NCBI GenBank assembly: GCA_041178425.1
Contig: JBEGVH010000010.1
Coordinates: forward strand, 143,652 to 207,651
Direction of reading: 5' to 3'
From: Pseudomonadota bacterium
GTDB lineage: Bacteria; Bdellovibrionota; Bdellovibrionia; Bdellovibrionales; Bdellovibrionaceae
Length of the DNA: 64,000 nucleotides
The notes below the pieces were generated by a model, which saw nothing but the letters and a program-made list of their open reading frames with translations, was not told the origin of the DNA and made no database searches. Numbering within the stretch: the stretch's first letter is position 1; every line of letters starts with the position of its first letter. Shown here piece by piece: positions 1 to 9,898 of this stretch. A program made the translations under genes and the position numbers.

Positions 1-345
1 TATTACCAAGCCATTCGCTTAGAGAGAATGTTTTGGATCAATGGAATGAATACCTTTGAGCTTCGAGGCTTTCGCCCACAAAAGTCGGTCGATGAGTTTT
101 TGCTCCAGCTTGAGCTCATCGGTGCGCGAATGGATTATTTAAAAAAGAATGGCCAACGCGTTTCATTTAGATTTAACGAATCCGACGCTGATCTTCGCCC
201 TCAGGCCATCGTCGACAATTTCTACTCGTACGTCACTGAAACTGGCTTGAGTTGGAATAAATTTAAAGTTTTGCTTCCGAACCGATTAAAAACTCGGAAG
301 CCATCAAAAACCAGGTTTGGTTTTATCTCAAATATATTCAAATAA
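1..345 (+). CDS. hypothetical protein, 3' part (5'-truncated by window edge)
   Basis: Frame is open from base 1 (YYQAIRLERM...) to TAA at 345; no recognisable motif. Confidence 0.6.
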   Translation, partial: YYQAIRLERMFWINGMNTFELRGFRPQKSVDEFLLQLELIGARMDYLKKNGQRVSFRFNESDADLRPQAIVDNFYSYVTETGLSWNKFKVLLPNRLKTRKPSKTRFGFISNIFK

Positions 346-356
346 AAACTGTTTTT

Positions 357-2138
357 CTAACTCATCAGGCCCGCCACTACAAGAGCAGCGATCACAACAC
401 CCATAAGACTTTCGCCAGCGATAAATCCGGAGCTGACTGGAATTACACCTCTCTCAGCAAGCTCTGGTCTATTTTTTTCTAAGAAAAGCGTCAGTACCGC
501 ACCAATAAACATGGCGATCGTATTGTAACCAGGGCTCGTAAATCCCAATCCGAAAGCGGCGGCAGAGGGAATCCACTTTTTTGCTTTTGGAAAATAGTGT
601 TCAAGAAGAACAATACCGACCCCAACAAGAGCACCAACGAGAATCGCAAGCCGAGCCGTAGGATGAAGGGTTTCTATTCCCTTCGCCAAAAGCTCCGCGA
701 CACCTTTCCATGTTTGTGCGGCAGGAGCGGGCCATTGATCCGACCCAAGAACACTCGCATCTGGAATCAATAAGTGATAGGCGGGAACTACGAAAAAGGA
801 TCCAGCCACTACTCCAAAAAACTGAGCCCAAAATTGCTGCCGAGGATCGGCTTTCAGTAGATATCCACTTTTTAAATCAGTCAGTAGATCTGCCGAATGT
901 AGAGCTACACCGCCCGTCGCGTTCGCCGTCATTAAATTAGTTGTTACATTTCCAGGATCCAACACTCCGAACGTAATTTGAGTGATCTTACCTAAGGCAC
1001 CAGTAGGGGTGGTATCTGTTTCCCCGGTCGCACGACAAGCAACAAGAGCAATAAAGAAACTCAGCACCACAGACAACAAGCCCATCCAAATCTTAATTCC
1101 AAAGTAATGCCATTCTAAGAAAACAACCATCGGGGCCACAACAACCATACCCCAAAAAAACCAAGACATCGGAACTTCTTTGGCCATTTCTGGATCGACA
1201 GCCCCTCCCTCTTTATTAAAAGCATTACCAACACTTTTCATGGCACGAAGAACGGTTTTCCACTGGAGAGCAAAAGACAATAAACCACTCGTCAAAAGAA
1301 GAGCAGAACCAAACCAAACACTCCAACCAACAATATTTTTATAACCTAGTTTAGGACCAATAATCCCGTGCTCAAACAACCAGGGAGCGACAAACAAATA
1401 ATTCACAACAGCACCCAACAACATGCTCCAGGCTGCTCTAAATCCCATGATAGCCCCAGCTCCTAACATGATGACAGAGCCTTCCATTGAAATAGTGAAG
1501 TCCATGAGAGGGCGCCCAGCAATTGTAAGCGAAGGAAAAATAGCTATTTTTTCTGGAAGATTAAAAGGCATCCAAGATGCTTTTGCGTCTCTAAAAAAAG
1601 CCACAATAGCACCGATCGCTCCACTCCAAGTTAGTAGTTTTGCTTTTTCAGAACCGCTATTGGCGCCTTCTTCTCCGGTGGCATGGAGGGCCTTAAGAGT
1701 CTCTGCGGCAGCAACACCACTCGGAAACCTCAATTGCTCGATATTTATGAGCTGCTGTTTCATTGGAATCGCCATAATCACACCAAGAAACGCTATAGAA
1801 CTGATCCAAAAAAACATCTGCATCATTCCCATGGTCTGACCAGTGATCATCATAAGGGCCGGGATTGCAGCGATTGTTCCTCCTCCCGTCATATAACCAG
1901 CGGCGCTAGCCACCGATTGCATGGCATTATTTTCTAACATTCCAAAATGAGTTTTTACGAGTTTCAGACGAAATAGCACCGCAAATATGGCGTAAGCTAA
2001 AATGCCCGCCGTGATTGAAACACCAAGGCCCCAGCCCGTTTTTAATCCCACATAGAGGTTCGATAAGCTCATGAACCCACCAAGACACATTCCGGCTATA
2101 ACAGACCTTAGGGTCAGCTGTTTTTCTAATTGGCGCAC
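357..2138 (-). CDS. OPT-family oligopeptide transporter
   Basis: Very hydrophobic 593 aa; NLYVGLKTGW, LRFPSG, DLKSGYLL and SGFIAGESL motifs of OPT/YSL family; AGGAGG SD upstream. Confidence 0.9.
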   Translation of the reverse strand: MRQLEKQLTLRSVIAGMCLGGFMSLSNLYVGLKTGWGLGVSITAGILAYAIFAVLFRLKLVKTHFGMLENNAMQSVASAAGYMTGGGTIAAIPALMMITGQTMGMMQMFFWISSIAFLGVIMAIPMKQQLINIEQLRFPSGVAAAETLKALHATGEEGANSGSEKAKLLTWSGAIGAIVAFFRDAKASWMPFNLPEKIAIFPSLTIAGRPLMDFTISMEGSVIMLGAGAIMGFRAAWSMLLGAVVNYLFVAPWLFEHGIIGPKLGYKNIVGWSVWFGSALLLTSGLLSFALQWKTVLRAMKSVGNAFNKEGGAVDPEMAKEVPMSWFFWGMVVVAPMVVFLEWHYFGIKIWMGLLSVVLSFFIALVACRATGETDTTPTGALGKITQITFGVLDPGNVTTNLMTANATGGVALHSADLLTDLKSGYLLKADPRQQFWAQFFGVVAGSFFVVPAYHLLIPDASVLGSDQWPAPAAQTWKGVAELLAKGIETLHPTARLAILVGALVGVGIVLLEHYFPKAKKWIPSAAAFGLGFTSPGYNTIAMFIGAVLTLFLEKNRPELAERGVIPVSSGFIAGESLMGVVIAALVVAGLMS

Positions 2139-2220
2139 ATGAGCCTCCTTTTTTTGACAAAAAAATGGATAAGCAATATTTGCTACAGACTCAATAACAA
2201 AAAGGGTACAAAGTAAAAGA

Positions 2221-2592
2221 ATGAAAACAAAGATGCTGAGTTGGCTCTTTAATGGTCTTGGAGGTTTTTTTCTGCTCTTGGGAGTAGCTGGAATTTTTTT
2301 ACCTCTCCTACCAACAACCCCTTTTTTGCTTCTATCAGGCTTTTTCTTTTCTAAGGGGTCTCCACGCTTTCATACCTGGCTCATGAATCACAAGCACCTT
2401 GGCCCCCCAATCCAGGATTGGAAACGGAAGGGTGTTATTCGCAAACCCACCAAACTCCTCGCGTCGACAATGCTGCTTATCAGCGCACTTGTAATTTTAC
2501 CTAAAGCCACAGTTCCCACGATCGGAAAAATTAGTTTTTCCTTTGTGGCCATTGGCGTCTTGGTCTTCATTTGGACTCGACCCTCAAAATAA
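2221..2592 (+). CDS. ybaN: YbaN/DUF454 family inner-membrane protein
   Basis: GIFLPLLPTTPFLLLS...SPRFHTWL signature. Confidence 0.85.
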   Translation: MKTKMLSWLFNGLGGFFLLLGVAGIFLPLLPTTPFLLLSGFFFSKGSPRFHTWLMNHKHLGPPIQDWKRKGVIRKPTKLLASTMLLISALVILPKATVPTIGKISFSFVAIGVLVFIWTRPSK

Positions 2593-2680
2593 CAATAACG
2601 AAAGCAGTTCCCGCGTAGACCAAAGTGGAGGCAAGCTCGAAGGCTCACTCTTCCCTTAAGACCAAATACCCTTTTTTGCT

Positions 2681-2709
2681 TTGATAGCTTATTTAACGGT
2701 CGTTATTCT
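2681..2709 (+). promoter_or_regulatory. sigma70-like promoter, leaderless geometry
   Basis: TTGATA-N17-TATTCT, then 6 nt to GTG at 2716; no SD. Confidence 0.55.
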
Positions 2710-2715
2710 TAAATC

Positions 2716-4155
2716 GTGCACTCTCTGTTAAAAAAGATCTTTTTTCTCGATTCACGCTCACTCGCCCTTTTCCGAATTTTATTGGGTTTTTTTCTTATTG
2801 CTGATCTTATTACACGAGTCGCTGATCTCACCGAATTTTACACCGATGAGGGAGTACTTCCTCGATCCGCTTTGGTTGGACAATTTTCAAGTCCTTGGGT
2901 AATTTCTCCTCTCAATGCCTTCGGACACCATTCGCTTATTTTTGTTTATATGCTCGTGGCACTCTCCGTATACCTCGCCTTTCTTGTTGGCTACCGCACC
3001 CGAATAGCGACGTTTCTCTCGTGGATTTTCTTTTGCTCTTTCTCCGCTCGCAACTCAGTGATTGCGCATGGTGGAGATGATCTCGTCCGACTTTGTCTCT
3101 TTTGGTCAATGTTTTTAAATCTCGATACGAAATGGGCCCTTCATCGACGTCCCAACTCGCCACAATCGCTTGTCGCCAGTATGGCCTTCATTAGCCAACT
3201 TTTAATGATGTACTTTGGGACCGCCCTCCTGAAGTGGCACCCGATTTGGCACACAGAGGGAACGGCCATCTATTACGCACTTAACCTCGATGGGTTTACA
3301 ACTTCGATGGGGCATTGGTTTTCTCAGTTGCCCCTAGGGATACTGAAACTGTTCTCTTTTGCAACTTTAGGTTTGGAGTTACTCGGACCATGGCTCTGGC
3401 TACTCTGCTTTCGCGAATGGCGGTATCGAACCCATATTATCGCGATTTTTATTCTCTTTCACTTGGGTTTGATTTTTACCCTCGAACTTGGACCATTTCC
3501 TTTTGCCTGTATCATTTATTGGTTAGCCCTTCTGCCCGCAGAAATTTGGCAAGACCTTGCTACCCGCTTTCCGAAATACCAGGACGGTTTGCGACCCGAT
3601 GTCACCTTTGACGACTACCTAAAAAAAATCTCTATCGCTACTTATTTAAAGACGGTGTTTATTCTTATCTGCTGGGGTATTGCCGTGGCTTGGAATGTTG
3701 CCACTTTTTCCGATAAGGATTCGATTAGTCTATCACCCTATACTTATCGAGCTGGAAATATTTTACGACTTCATCAGAAGTGGGAAATGTTCGCACCATT
3801 CCCAAAAACGAGTGATACCTGGCTCGTCGTAAACACAAGGCTTTTTAATGAAACCACGTGGGATATACTCAATGACCGGCCAACGAGTTTTGAGAAGCCT
3901 AACCATCTTGCCGATGATATGGTCGATACGCTCTGGAGAAAATATCTCATCAATCTCACAACAGTTGCCTTCAAAGACCACTTACCCCACTTTAGCCGTT
4001 GGCTTTGCCGGGATTGGAACTCCAGTCAGAAAAACGTTAACCATAAAGCCATTCATTTAGAAATCTGGATGATTGGGGAGAGAACACCTCCCCCCGGTGC
4101 AAAAGCGCAGCCCCTTGAAAAATTAAAAATCTGGGACCACTTCTGTATCGATTAA
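2716..4155 (+). CDS. HTTM-domain membrane protein
   Basis: D.RSLALFRI, FYTDEGVLPR, GYRTR, GGD and W..G.AIYYAL motifs; C-terminal QKWEMFAP domain. Confidence 0.8.
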   Translation: MHSLLKKIFFLDSRSLALFRILLGFFLIADLITRVADLTEFYTDEGVLPRSALVGQFSSPWVISPLNAFGHHSLIFVYMLVALSVYLAFLVGYRTRIATFLSWIFFCSFSARNSVIAHGGDDLVRLCLFWSMFLNLDTKWALHRRPNSPQSLVASMAFISQLLMMYFGTALLKWHPIWHTEGTAIYYALNLDGFTTSMGHWFSQLPLGILKLFSFATLGLELLGPWLWLLCFREWRYRTHIIAIFILFHLGLIFTLELGPFPFACIIYWLALLPAEIWQDLATRFPKYQDGLRPDVTFDDYLKKISIATYLKTVFILICWGIAVAWNVATFSDKDSISLSPYTYRAGNILRLHQKWEMFAPFPKTSDTWLVVNTRLFNETTWDILNDRPTSFEKPNHLADDMVDTLWRKYLINLTTVAFKDHLPHFSRWLCRDWNSSQKNVNHKAIHLEIWMIGERTPPPGAKAQPLEKLKIWDHFCID

Positions 4156-4161
4156 CCCTCG

Positions 4162-4521
4162 CTATTCGCAGAGAATTTTTCCACGAGCGAGAAGCGTGAT
4201 TTTTTCTTTTCTATCTGCGGGAGCAGTATTCCCAAGACCCGTGTCTTCGAGGGCATTCCAATCTCTCAAAAGAGGCATCGCTACTTCGCAGAATTGAGAA
4301 GTCGTTATTTTTCCGGAGCAGTGCTCGGCTTCGAATTGAAATAGTCTAGCGCGGAGAAGTTCACTCCGATTAATAAATCCTTTTCGTGCCATATCTTCAA
4401 CATCCACTAGCAAAGTCGCTGCTCTTGCTGCCACCTCGGTGTCACCTTTTTTGCAATCTAAAAACGAGTGCGCATGCGCTGTGCCTGTCATTAGCATGAA
4501 ACAGATAATAAGTTTTTTCAT
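4162..4521 (-). CDS. small secreted hypothetical protein
   Basis: Sec signal (MKKLIIC...AHA); GGAGG SD; 4 Cys in mature part. Confidence 0.7.
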   Translation of the reverse strand: MKKLIICFMLMTGTAHAHSFLDCKKGDTEVAARAATLLVDVEDMARKGFINRSELLRARLFQFEAEHCSGKITTSQFCEVAMPLLRDWNALEDTGLGNTAPADRKEKITLLARGKILCE

Positions 4522-4626
4522 CTAAGGAACCTCCCCAATATTTGAACGGCAATATTCTTCTTAAAACAGACCCGGTCAACCAATTCTTCTTGTTCTCTTT
4601 ACCTCTTCGTTTTATGAAATTCCCCT

Positions 4627-5607
4627 ATGTTAATGAAACCATTTGAAATTGAAATCACACGCGGACCCCAAACTGAAAGTAGACACTTCGTTCACGGAGT
4701 TATTTATGGACAAAAGGGCCATGTGCTTGAAGTCTATGGGAATTCCCAGCTTCCAGTTTTTCCGCGTTCTTCCTTAAAACCCATTCAGGCGTTACCTCTC
4801 ATTCAAACAGGTGCCGCCGATCACTTCAATATAACCGATGCGGAACTAGCATTGGCCTGTGCTTCCCACCGTGGCGAACCCATGCATATTGAACCCATTC
4901 GAGCTTGGTTGGCCCGGATAGGCCACCAAGAAGCTGATCTAGAATGCGGAACTCATCCGCCCGTTCACCAAGAAAGCCTCTTCCATCTTCTGCGCTCGCA
5001 CAATCTTCCTAGTCCCGTTCACAACAATTGTTCTGGCAAGCACACAGGAATGCTCATGACTGCTAAACACCTGGGAGAATCACACAAGAATTATGTTTCA
5101 TTAAGTCATCCGGTCCAACAAAGAATTTTGAAGGAAGTCGAAACTTTTTGTGAGTTTACTTTTGGCAATGAATCTCTGGGAGTTGATGGCTGTTCGATTC
5201 CAGCGCCATGTCTACCCTTGGAAAATCTCGCGAAGGGCTTCGCTGAGTGGATTGCTCCTCAGCGCGCTGACGAGCTTACGGCAAAGGCTTGCACGAGAAT
5301 ATACAAAGCCTTTGTTGATCATCCTTTGCTCACAGCTGGAACAGGTCACTATTGCTCTGAAGTCATGATTGAAACCAAAGGTCGTGCCCTCGTGAAGGGC
5401 GGAGCTGAGGGTGTGATTGTTGCTGCCATCCCGGAACTCCAAATGGGAATCGCTCTAAAAACCCTCGATGGAAATACTCGAGCCAGTGATCATTGCATGA
5501 GTGTGATTTTAGAGAGACTTGGGTTGTTGTCGTCCTCGAGCTTATTATTGAACCCGCACATTCAAAACTGGAATCAAATCGAGACCGGAGAAATCCGTCT
5601 TAAATGA
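4627..5607 (+). CDS. L-asparaginase II (Rhizobium AnsA-type)
   Basis: RSSLKP, ASH.GE, NNCSGKH, DGCS.P and KGGAEG motifs. Confidence 0.9.
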   Translation: MLMKPFEIEITRGPQTESRHFVHGVIYGQKGHVLEVYGNSQLPVFPRSSLKPIQALPLIQTGAADHFNITDAELALACASHRGEPMHIEPIRAWLARIGHQEADLECGTHPPVHQESLFHLLRSHNLPSPVHNNCSGKHTGMLMTAKHLGESHKNYVSLSHPVQQRILKEVETFCEFTFGNESLGVDGCSIPAPCLPLENLAKGFAEWIAPQRADELTAKACTRIYKAFVDHPLLTAGTGHYCSEVMIETKGRALVKGGAEGVIVAAIPELQMGIALKTLDGNTRASDHCMSVILERLGLLSSSSLLLNPHIQNWNQIETGEIRLK

Positions 5608-5663
5608 GAAGCTTTTCTAGCGGCAAAGAGGAGTATTTCCGCTCGAGCCGAGGGGTATGCAAC

Positions 5664-6185
5664 TCATCGGCCAGAAATTCTATGATCAAGCGACAGATCT
5701 AAAAGAAGACTTTCGATCGCCATTTGAATGCGGGCAGGATGCCTTTGTAAATCAATTTTATTTTTATTCACCACGATGTCTACTTCACTGATCACCATCC
5801 GCGCCTCATCCCAATAGGCATCCATTTCAGCCGTTTCTTCTTCCGATGTTTTATTCAAATTGGTTCGAAAATAGACCCCATTTTTCCCATCTTCCAAGGG
5901 GATGTTATTGTTCTCAAGCAGTCTTGATGAATCAATACGAAATACAACCTGTGGATTTGACTTATCGTAGGAACGAAGGCGATTCACATTGATTATGGCC
6001 TCTCGAACGATCCGGGCCAACTCCAGCGGAACATCCTTATGGATTTTTAGCGATATAGGATCCACCATTCGCGTCAGATAGCCTCCCTCCCCATCGGGGG
6101 GAAGGTTATGGATAGGCTCAGCAAAAGACCGTAAACCCCAAAAAAATGTTAAACCCATGGCAAACTTTGTCAGCGCAGAAGACAC
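5664..6185 (-). CDS. secreted hypothetical protein, degenerate matrixin-like
   Basis: Probable GTG start at 6185 after GAGAGG; signal-like N-terminus; NGVYF...ISEVDIVVN segment recalls M10 proteases but HExxH is absent. Confidence 0.55.
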   Translation of the reverse strand: MSSALTKFAMGLTFFWGLRSFAEPIHNLPPDGEGGYLTRMVDPISLKIHKDVPLELARIVREAIINVNRLRSYDKSNPQVVFRIDSSRLLENNNIPLEDGKNGVYFRTNLNKTSEEETAEMDAYWDEARMVISEVDIVVNKNKIDLQRHPARIQMAIESLLLDLSLDHRISGR

Positions 6186-6284
6186 AAACACCTCTCAAAA
6201 CGAACATCAGGGCACCCATGCAAGAGAGGCCCCGTTGAGAAGATGACTCTGCAAAGCGAACGCCAATTGGCCACGCAGCAAACA

Positions 6285-7535
6285 TCAAGCGCTGACTGGG
6301 ACATAGGCCGCATCCATGCCCCTGCGGTGGATGTAAATGGCTAGAAAAATTCCAGGAACGGCAATGAGCGAACATCCAATGAAAAACTGCGCCCACCCAA
6401 GCTGCTCCACCATAATTCCTGCAAAACCCGAAAAGAAATTTCTTCCTAAAGTCGCAAAGCTCGAAAGGAGCGCATATTGTGTCGCTGTGAATCGGCGGTT
6501 GGTTAGCTGAGCCATAAACGACAAAAATGCCGCACTTCCCATCCCACTCGTTAAGTCTTCAAATACAACGGCTACCGCGAGCGCCCAGCTTTGTGGTCCG
6601 GTGAAAACGAGAGTCGCGAAAAAAGCCGTTGATAGCGCCTGCAGGATTCCAAACAGAATGAGGGATCGGTAGATTTTTAATTTTGTGAGTAAAATACCAC
6701 CCAAAAATAAACCAAACAAAGAAGACACCAGGCCTACTGTTTTTGCAATGTACCCAACCTGCTGATTTGTGAAGTTAACATCAACATAAAATTTATTTAG
6801 CATTTGCCCCGAAAGAGAATCACCCATTTTGAAGGCAATAACAAACAAGAGGCACAAAAGGGCTCCTGGTCGACTCAGAAACTCTTTAAAGGGCTCGATG
6901 ACAGCTTCTTTCAGGGTACGTACTGGTGCTTCCGTTAACTGTGGTTCCGGAATAAACAAGGTAGTAACAAAACCCACACCCATGAGCGCCGCCATTAATA
7001 AATACAACTGCTGCCAAGATAAAAAGTTTGGCCCATCACCAACCAAACCAACCCCCAACCCTCCAGACACGAGCATTGCCACTCGATATCCATAAGTAGT
7101 CATCGAGGCCCCCAGACCCATTTCTTCTTCTGGCAAAAACTCTCTGCGAAAAGCATCGATCACCGCATCTTGGGTTGAACTAAAAAAAGCAACCATGATC
7201 GCAGTAATCACCATAGGGGTGAGTGTCGTGCCAGGGTTTAAGGTGCTCATGAAGGCAATGGCAATAATCAATGCTATTTGTGTAAGAAAAAGCCAACTTC
7301 GACGACGTCCGAATCGCGTTAACTCGTATCGATCTAACAGTGGTGCCCAGACGAATTTTAGGGAATATGCCATTCCCACCCAACTCAAAAAACCAATGGT
7401 TTTTACGTCGATGCCCTCGCGAGCTAACCACATCTTAAAAGTTCCGCCCGTCAGCAAGAGCGGTAGGCCGCTGGAAAAGCCCATCAAAACGGTCACTACC
7501 ATTCGCTTCCACAATGTTTGCTGAATATTAGACAT
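6285..7535 (-). CDS. ampG: AmpG muropeptide MFS permease
   Basis: GFSSGLP, KFVWAPLLD, GRRRSW, TQD..IDA and ATQYALLSS motifs. Confidence 0.92.
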   Translation of the reverse strand: MSNIQQTLWKRMVVTVLMGFSSGLPLLLTGGTFKMWLAREGIDVKTIGFLSWVGMAYSLKFVWAPLLDRYELTRFGRRRSWLFLTQIALIIAIAFMSTLNPGTTLTPMVITAIMVAFFSSTQDAVIDAFRREFLPEEEMGLGASMTTYGYRVAMLVSGGLGVGLVGDGPNFLSWQQLYLLMAALMGVGFVTTLFIPEPQLTEAPVRTLKEAVIEPFKEFLSRPGALLCLLFVIAFKMGDSLSGQMLNKFYVDVNFTNQQVGYIAKTVGLVSSLFGLFLGGILLTKLKIYRSLILFGILQALSTAFFATLVFTGPQSWALAVAVVFEDLTSGMGSAAFLSFMAQLTNRRFTATQYALLSSFATLGRNFFSGFAGIMVEQLGWAQFFIGCSLIAVPGIFLAIYIHRRGMDAAYVPVSA

Positions 7536-7621
7536 GGATTGATCCTTTGAATAACCAAGTTATCGAGATGAGAATCCTTCATCCCACTCAGGTTAGACTA
7601 AGGCCATAGGGCACTCTGGGT

Positions 7622-9262
7622 CTAGATAAATGTTAACTTACGCATCTTCCACAATAGGTGACTGATATACGGTCGTCTGGTCTCTCCGGTGGTCACCATG
7701 AGAAGCTTGGTTATTTTCAAATTTTTTGGATCTGTAAAAAGCAAAATGAGCATCTCTCGAATGAAATTTGTGTTGAGCGTAACGTAGTTATCAGTTCCGA
7801 CCCCCAGCTGAACATTCTTTTTCTCCCACCAAGAAAAGGGATGGTCTTTAAAATCCTGAAATTTTCCGGTGAGTTTATTGTTTGATGATGGAAGCGCAAC
7901 AAGAGAAACACCTTTATCAATCAATCGATTGAGAACATCATGTTGATAGTGTTCTACTTCTCTTGCCGTATGAAACTTGGCCTTTAGAAAAAGCGTCACT
8001 TCATCATCATTTAGACGATGACCCCTTATAAGTTTATCACAAACCGCCTGATTCGGGCCCCAGTCCATATCAATGAGTTCTTTGTAGGCCTCTGTCCCAA
8101 TGGGAACATGCTGACCAGCTTTATTCATTTCCACCACGCGTTGGAAAATTCGATGGAAGTAAAAATTGGGGTTTATGCCCAGACTCACCCCATGCTCGAG
8201 CGTGTCGATATGCCAAATGTTCATGGCATTATCAACGGCCTGAATCCCTTTTTTAAGAGTGTGCCAAACTTCGCCATGATGCGATCGAATCTTGAAGCCT
8301 CGATATTGAAGTTTTCGAAACCCGGTGAATAACTCATTAAAATGCTCTTTACGAAACAGATCTAACTCGCTTCCTACCGTGTCTACATCGGTCATGTAAG
8401 CTTCGAGTTCAGGATATTTTTCTAACATGTAGATGAGAGTGTTAACCTGTTCTTGAAAATGCTCTTTACGATCGCCGAAGCGAGCAGAGTCAAAAAAATC
8501 TTTTTCTTTTCTAAAGGAGGGCGAAAGAATAAAGTCAAAATCAGGCCGTTCCTTTTTGAATGCCATAAAGCCTTCAAATAAGCCGAGAATAACATCTTCG
8601 GATGAAACATCATCAGAGCCTGGAATATTTTCTCCCGAAGCAGAGCTCGCACGTGCCAAAGTAAATTTTAGACGCACTTTACCAACGTTGTACCGATGGT
8701 AAAGTTCATTAGCCATATGATAGGCAGACTCTTTATGGGCCTCGCGATCAACTAAAATCAATTTAGCAAGGTAGAGAATTTTCAAATACGAATTGAAACC
8801 TTCATTCTCACTTAGACGAATCAAAGCATCAACATCGGCCACTTTATTGATAGGCAAGGAATCCGGACCATATACTTCTTTTATCTTCTTTTCATAAAGA
8901 GCCTTGTTGGGTCCTTCGAGAAGTTTCTGCACTCGAGGAAATATAAACTCAGCCGTTAGTGAGCCGGTAAGGTGAATGTGCTCTTCATTATACTTGATAG
9001 GAAAATGTCTAAAAAATTCAAAAAGTGCCTTAGAAACTGGGTGCTCCAAGAGTGTGTTAATTGAGACACGGTCTTGCTGAAAATCAGATAGTAACTCTCT
9101 AAATTCTCTAACACTATCAAAGGCTGCTTCATTCTTGTTTTTAAGGTCACTTTGCAAAATAAGCTCAAGCGTATCTTGCAGGCTTATTCCATTTGTTTCG
9201 CTGATCATTCCAGTTAGCGACTTTGTCAATTCATGTATGAGTCTATCTTGTGCCTTCAACAT
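7622..9262 (-). CDS. adenosine/AMP deaminase-like amidohydrolase with insertions
   Basis: EHIHLTGSL, HHGE, LEHG, PSSN and GTDN match the ADA metal/catalytic motifs; 546 aa is longer than typical bacterial Add. Confidence 0.8.
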   Translation of the reverse strand: MLKAQDRLIHELTKSLTGMISETNGISLQDTLELILQSDLKNKNEAAFDSVREFRELLSDFQQDRVSINTLLEHPVSKALFEFFRHFPIKYNEEHIHLTGSLTAEFIFPRVQKLLEGPNKALYEKKIKEVYGPDSLPINKVADVDALIRLSENEGFNSYLKILYLAKLILVDREAHKESAYHMANELYHRYNVGKVRLKFTLARASSASGENIPGSDDVSSEDVILGLFEGFMAFKKERPDFDFILSPSFRKEKDFFDSARFGDRKEHFQEQVNTLIYMLEKYPELEAYMTDVDTVGSELDLFRKEHFNELFTGFRKLQYRGFKIRSHHGEVWHTLKKGIQAVDNAMNIWHIDTLEHGVSLGINPNFYFHRIFQRVVEMNKAGQHVPIGTEAYKELIDMDWGPNQAVCDKLIRGHRLNDDEVTLFLKAKFHTAREVEHYQHDVLNRLIDKGVSLVALPSSNNKLTGKFQDFKDHPFSWWEKKNVQLGVGTDNYVTLNTNFIREMLILLFTDPKNLKITKLLMVTTGETRRPYISHLLWKMRKLTFI

Positions 9263-9268
9263 GCCACC

Positions 9269-9297
9269 AGTCTACTGCCTGTACACCAGAGAGTCTA
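9269..9297 (-). promoter_or_regulatory. sigma70-like promoter, leaderless geometry
   Basis: TAGACT-N17-TAGACT, then 6 nt to ATG at 9262; no SD. Confidence 0.55.
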
Positions 9298-9370
9298 ACT
9301 TTATCACCACACTCGCTCCAAAAGAGCGGTCTAGCAAAATACTTTATATTTAGATAAGACCTTTAACGCT

Positions 9371-9898
9371 CTAACCAGCCTTAAGGTTGAGGTAGGCCTT
9401 CCAGGTCACCGGTAAAGTTGCTGAATTCTTTAACTCCAACTCAACGGCAGTCATCCACGCCGGGGCTTCTGGCTCTCGCAACAGTGGCATGCCCGCGGCG
9501 GCTGGTGTTCGGTTGCCCTTCCTTTGATTGCAGTTGCGACAGGCGGCTACCACATTACTCCAAGTCTCAGGGCCCTGCTTAGACACAGGAATCACATGGT
9601 CTATAGTGAGTTCTTTTTGCGAACATTTCTTGCCACAATATTGGCAGGTCGAGGAGTCTCTCAGATAAACATTTTGTTTTGAGAATCTAACAAATCGAAA
9701 AGGCGCGTAGGACACATAGGACTTTAGTCGTATAATACTTGGAACAGGAAATTTAACCCTGGGAGTGCTAACAAAAAATTGATGAAACTCGACCACCTCC
9801 ACCTTCTCGGTGAGCCACATAATCATGGCTTTTTGCCAACTTATAATTTTTAAAGCCTCATAGGATGCGTTAAGTAATAAGGCTGCTTTTTTCTGAAT
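9371..9898 (-). CDS. HNH endonuclease (McrA/HNH_5-like); start uncertain
   Basis: RD...CQYCG, TIDHVIP and CRNCNQRKG motifs; the family N-terminal motif LLLNASYEAL lies in frame upstream of the ORF-track ATG (9826). Confidence 0.85.
   Translation of the reverse strand: MQKKAALLLNASYEALKIISWQKAMIMWLTEKVEVVEFHQFFVSTPRVKFPVPSIIRLKSYVSYAPFRFVRFSKQNVYLRDSSTCQYCGKKCSQKELTIDHVIPVSKQGPETWSNVVAACRNCNQRKGNRTPAAAGMPLLREPEAPAWMTAVELELKNSATLPVTWKAYLNLKAG

Noticed and set aside
1423..1839. Antisense ORFs over real genes (also 15818-16267, 40534-40938, 49046-49483, 62610-63128 and others)
   Set aside because: Shadow frames opposite well-supported genes, with no motifs or independent start signals.
9885..9895. 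A-AAA-AAG -1 frameshift site feeding the HNH frame
   Set aside because: The required zero frame has a stop four codons upstream and no canonical start codon after it.
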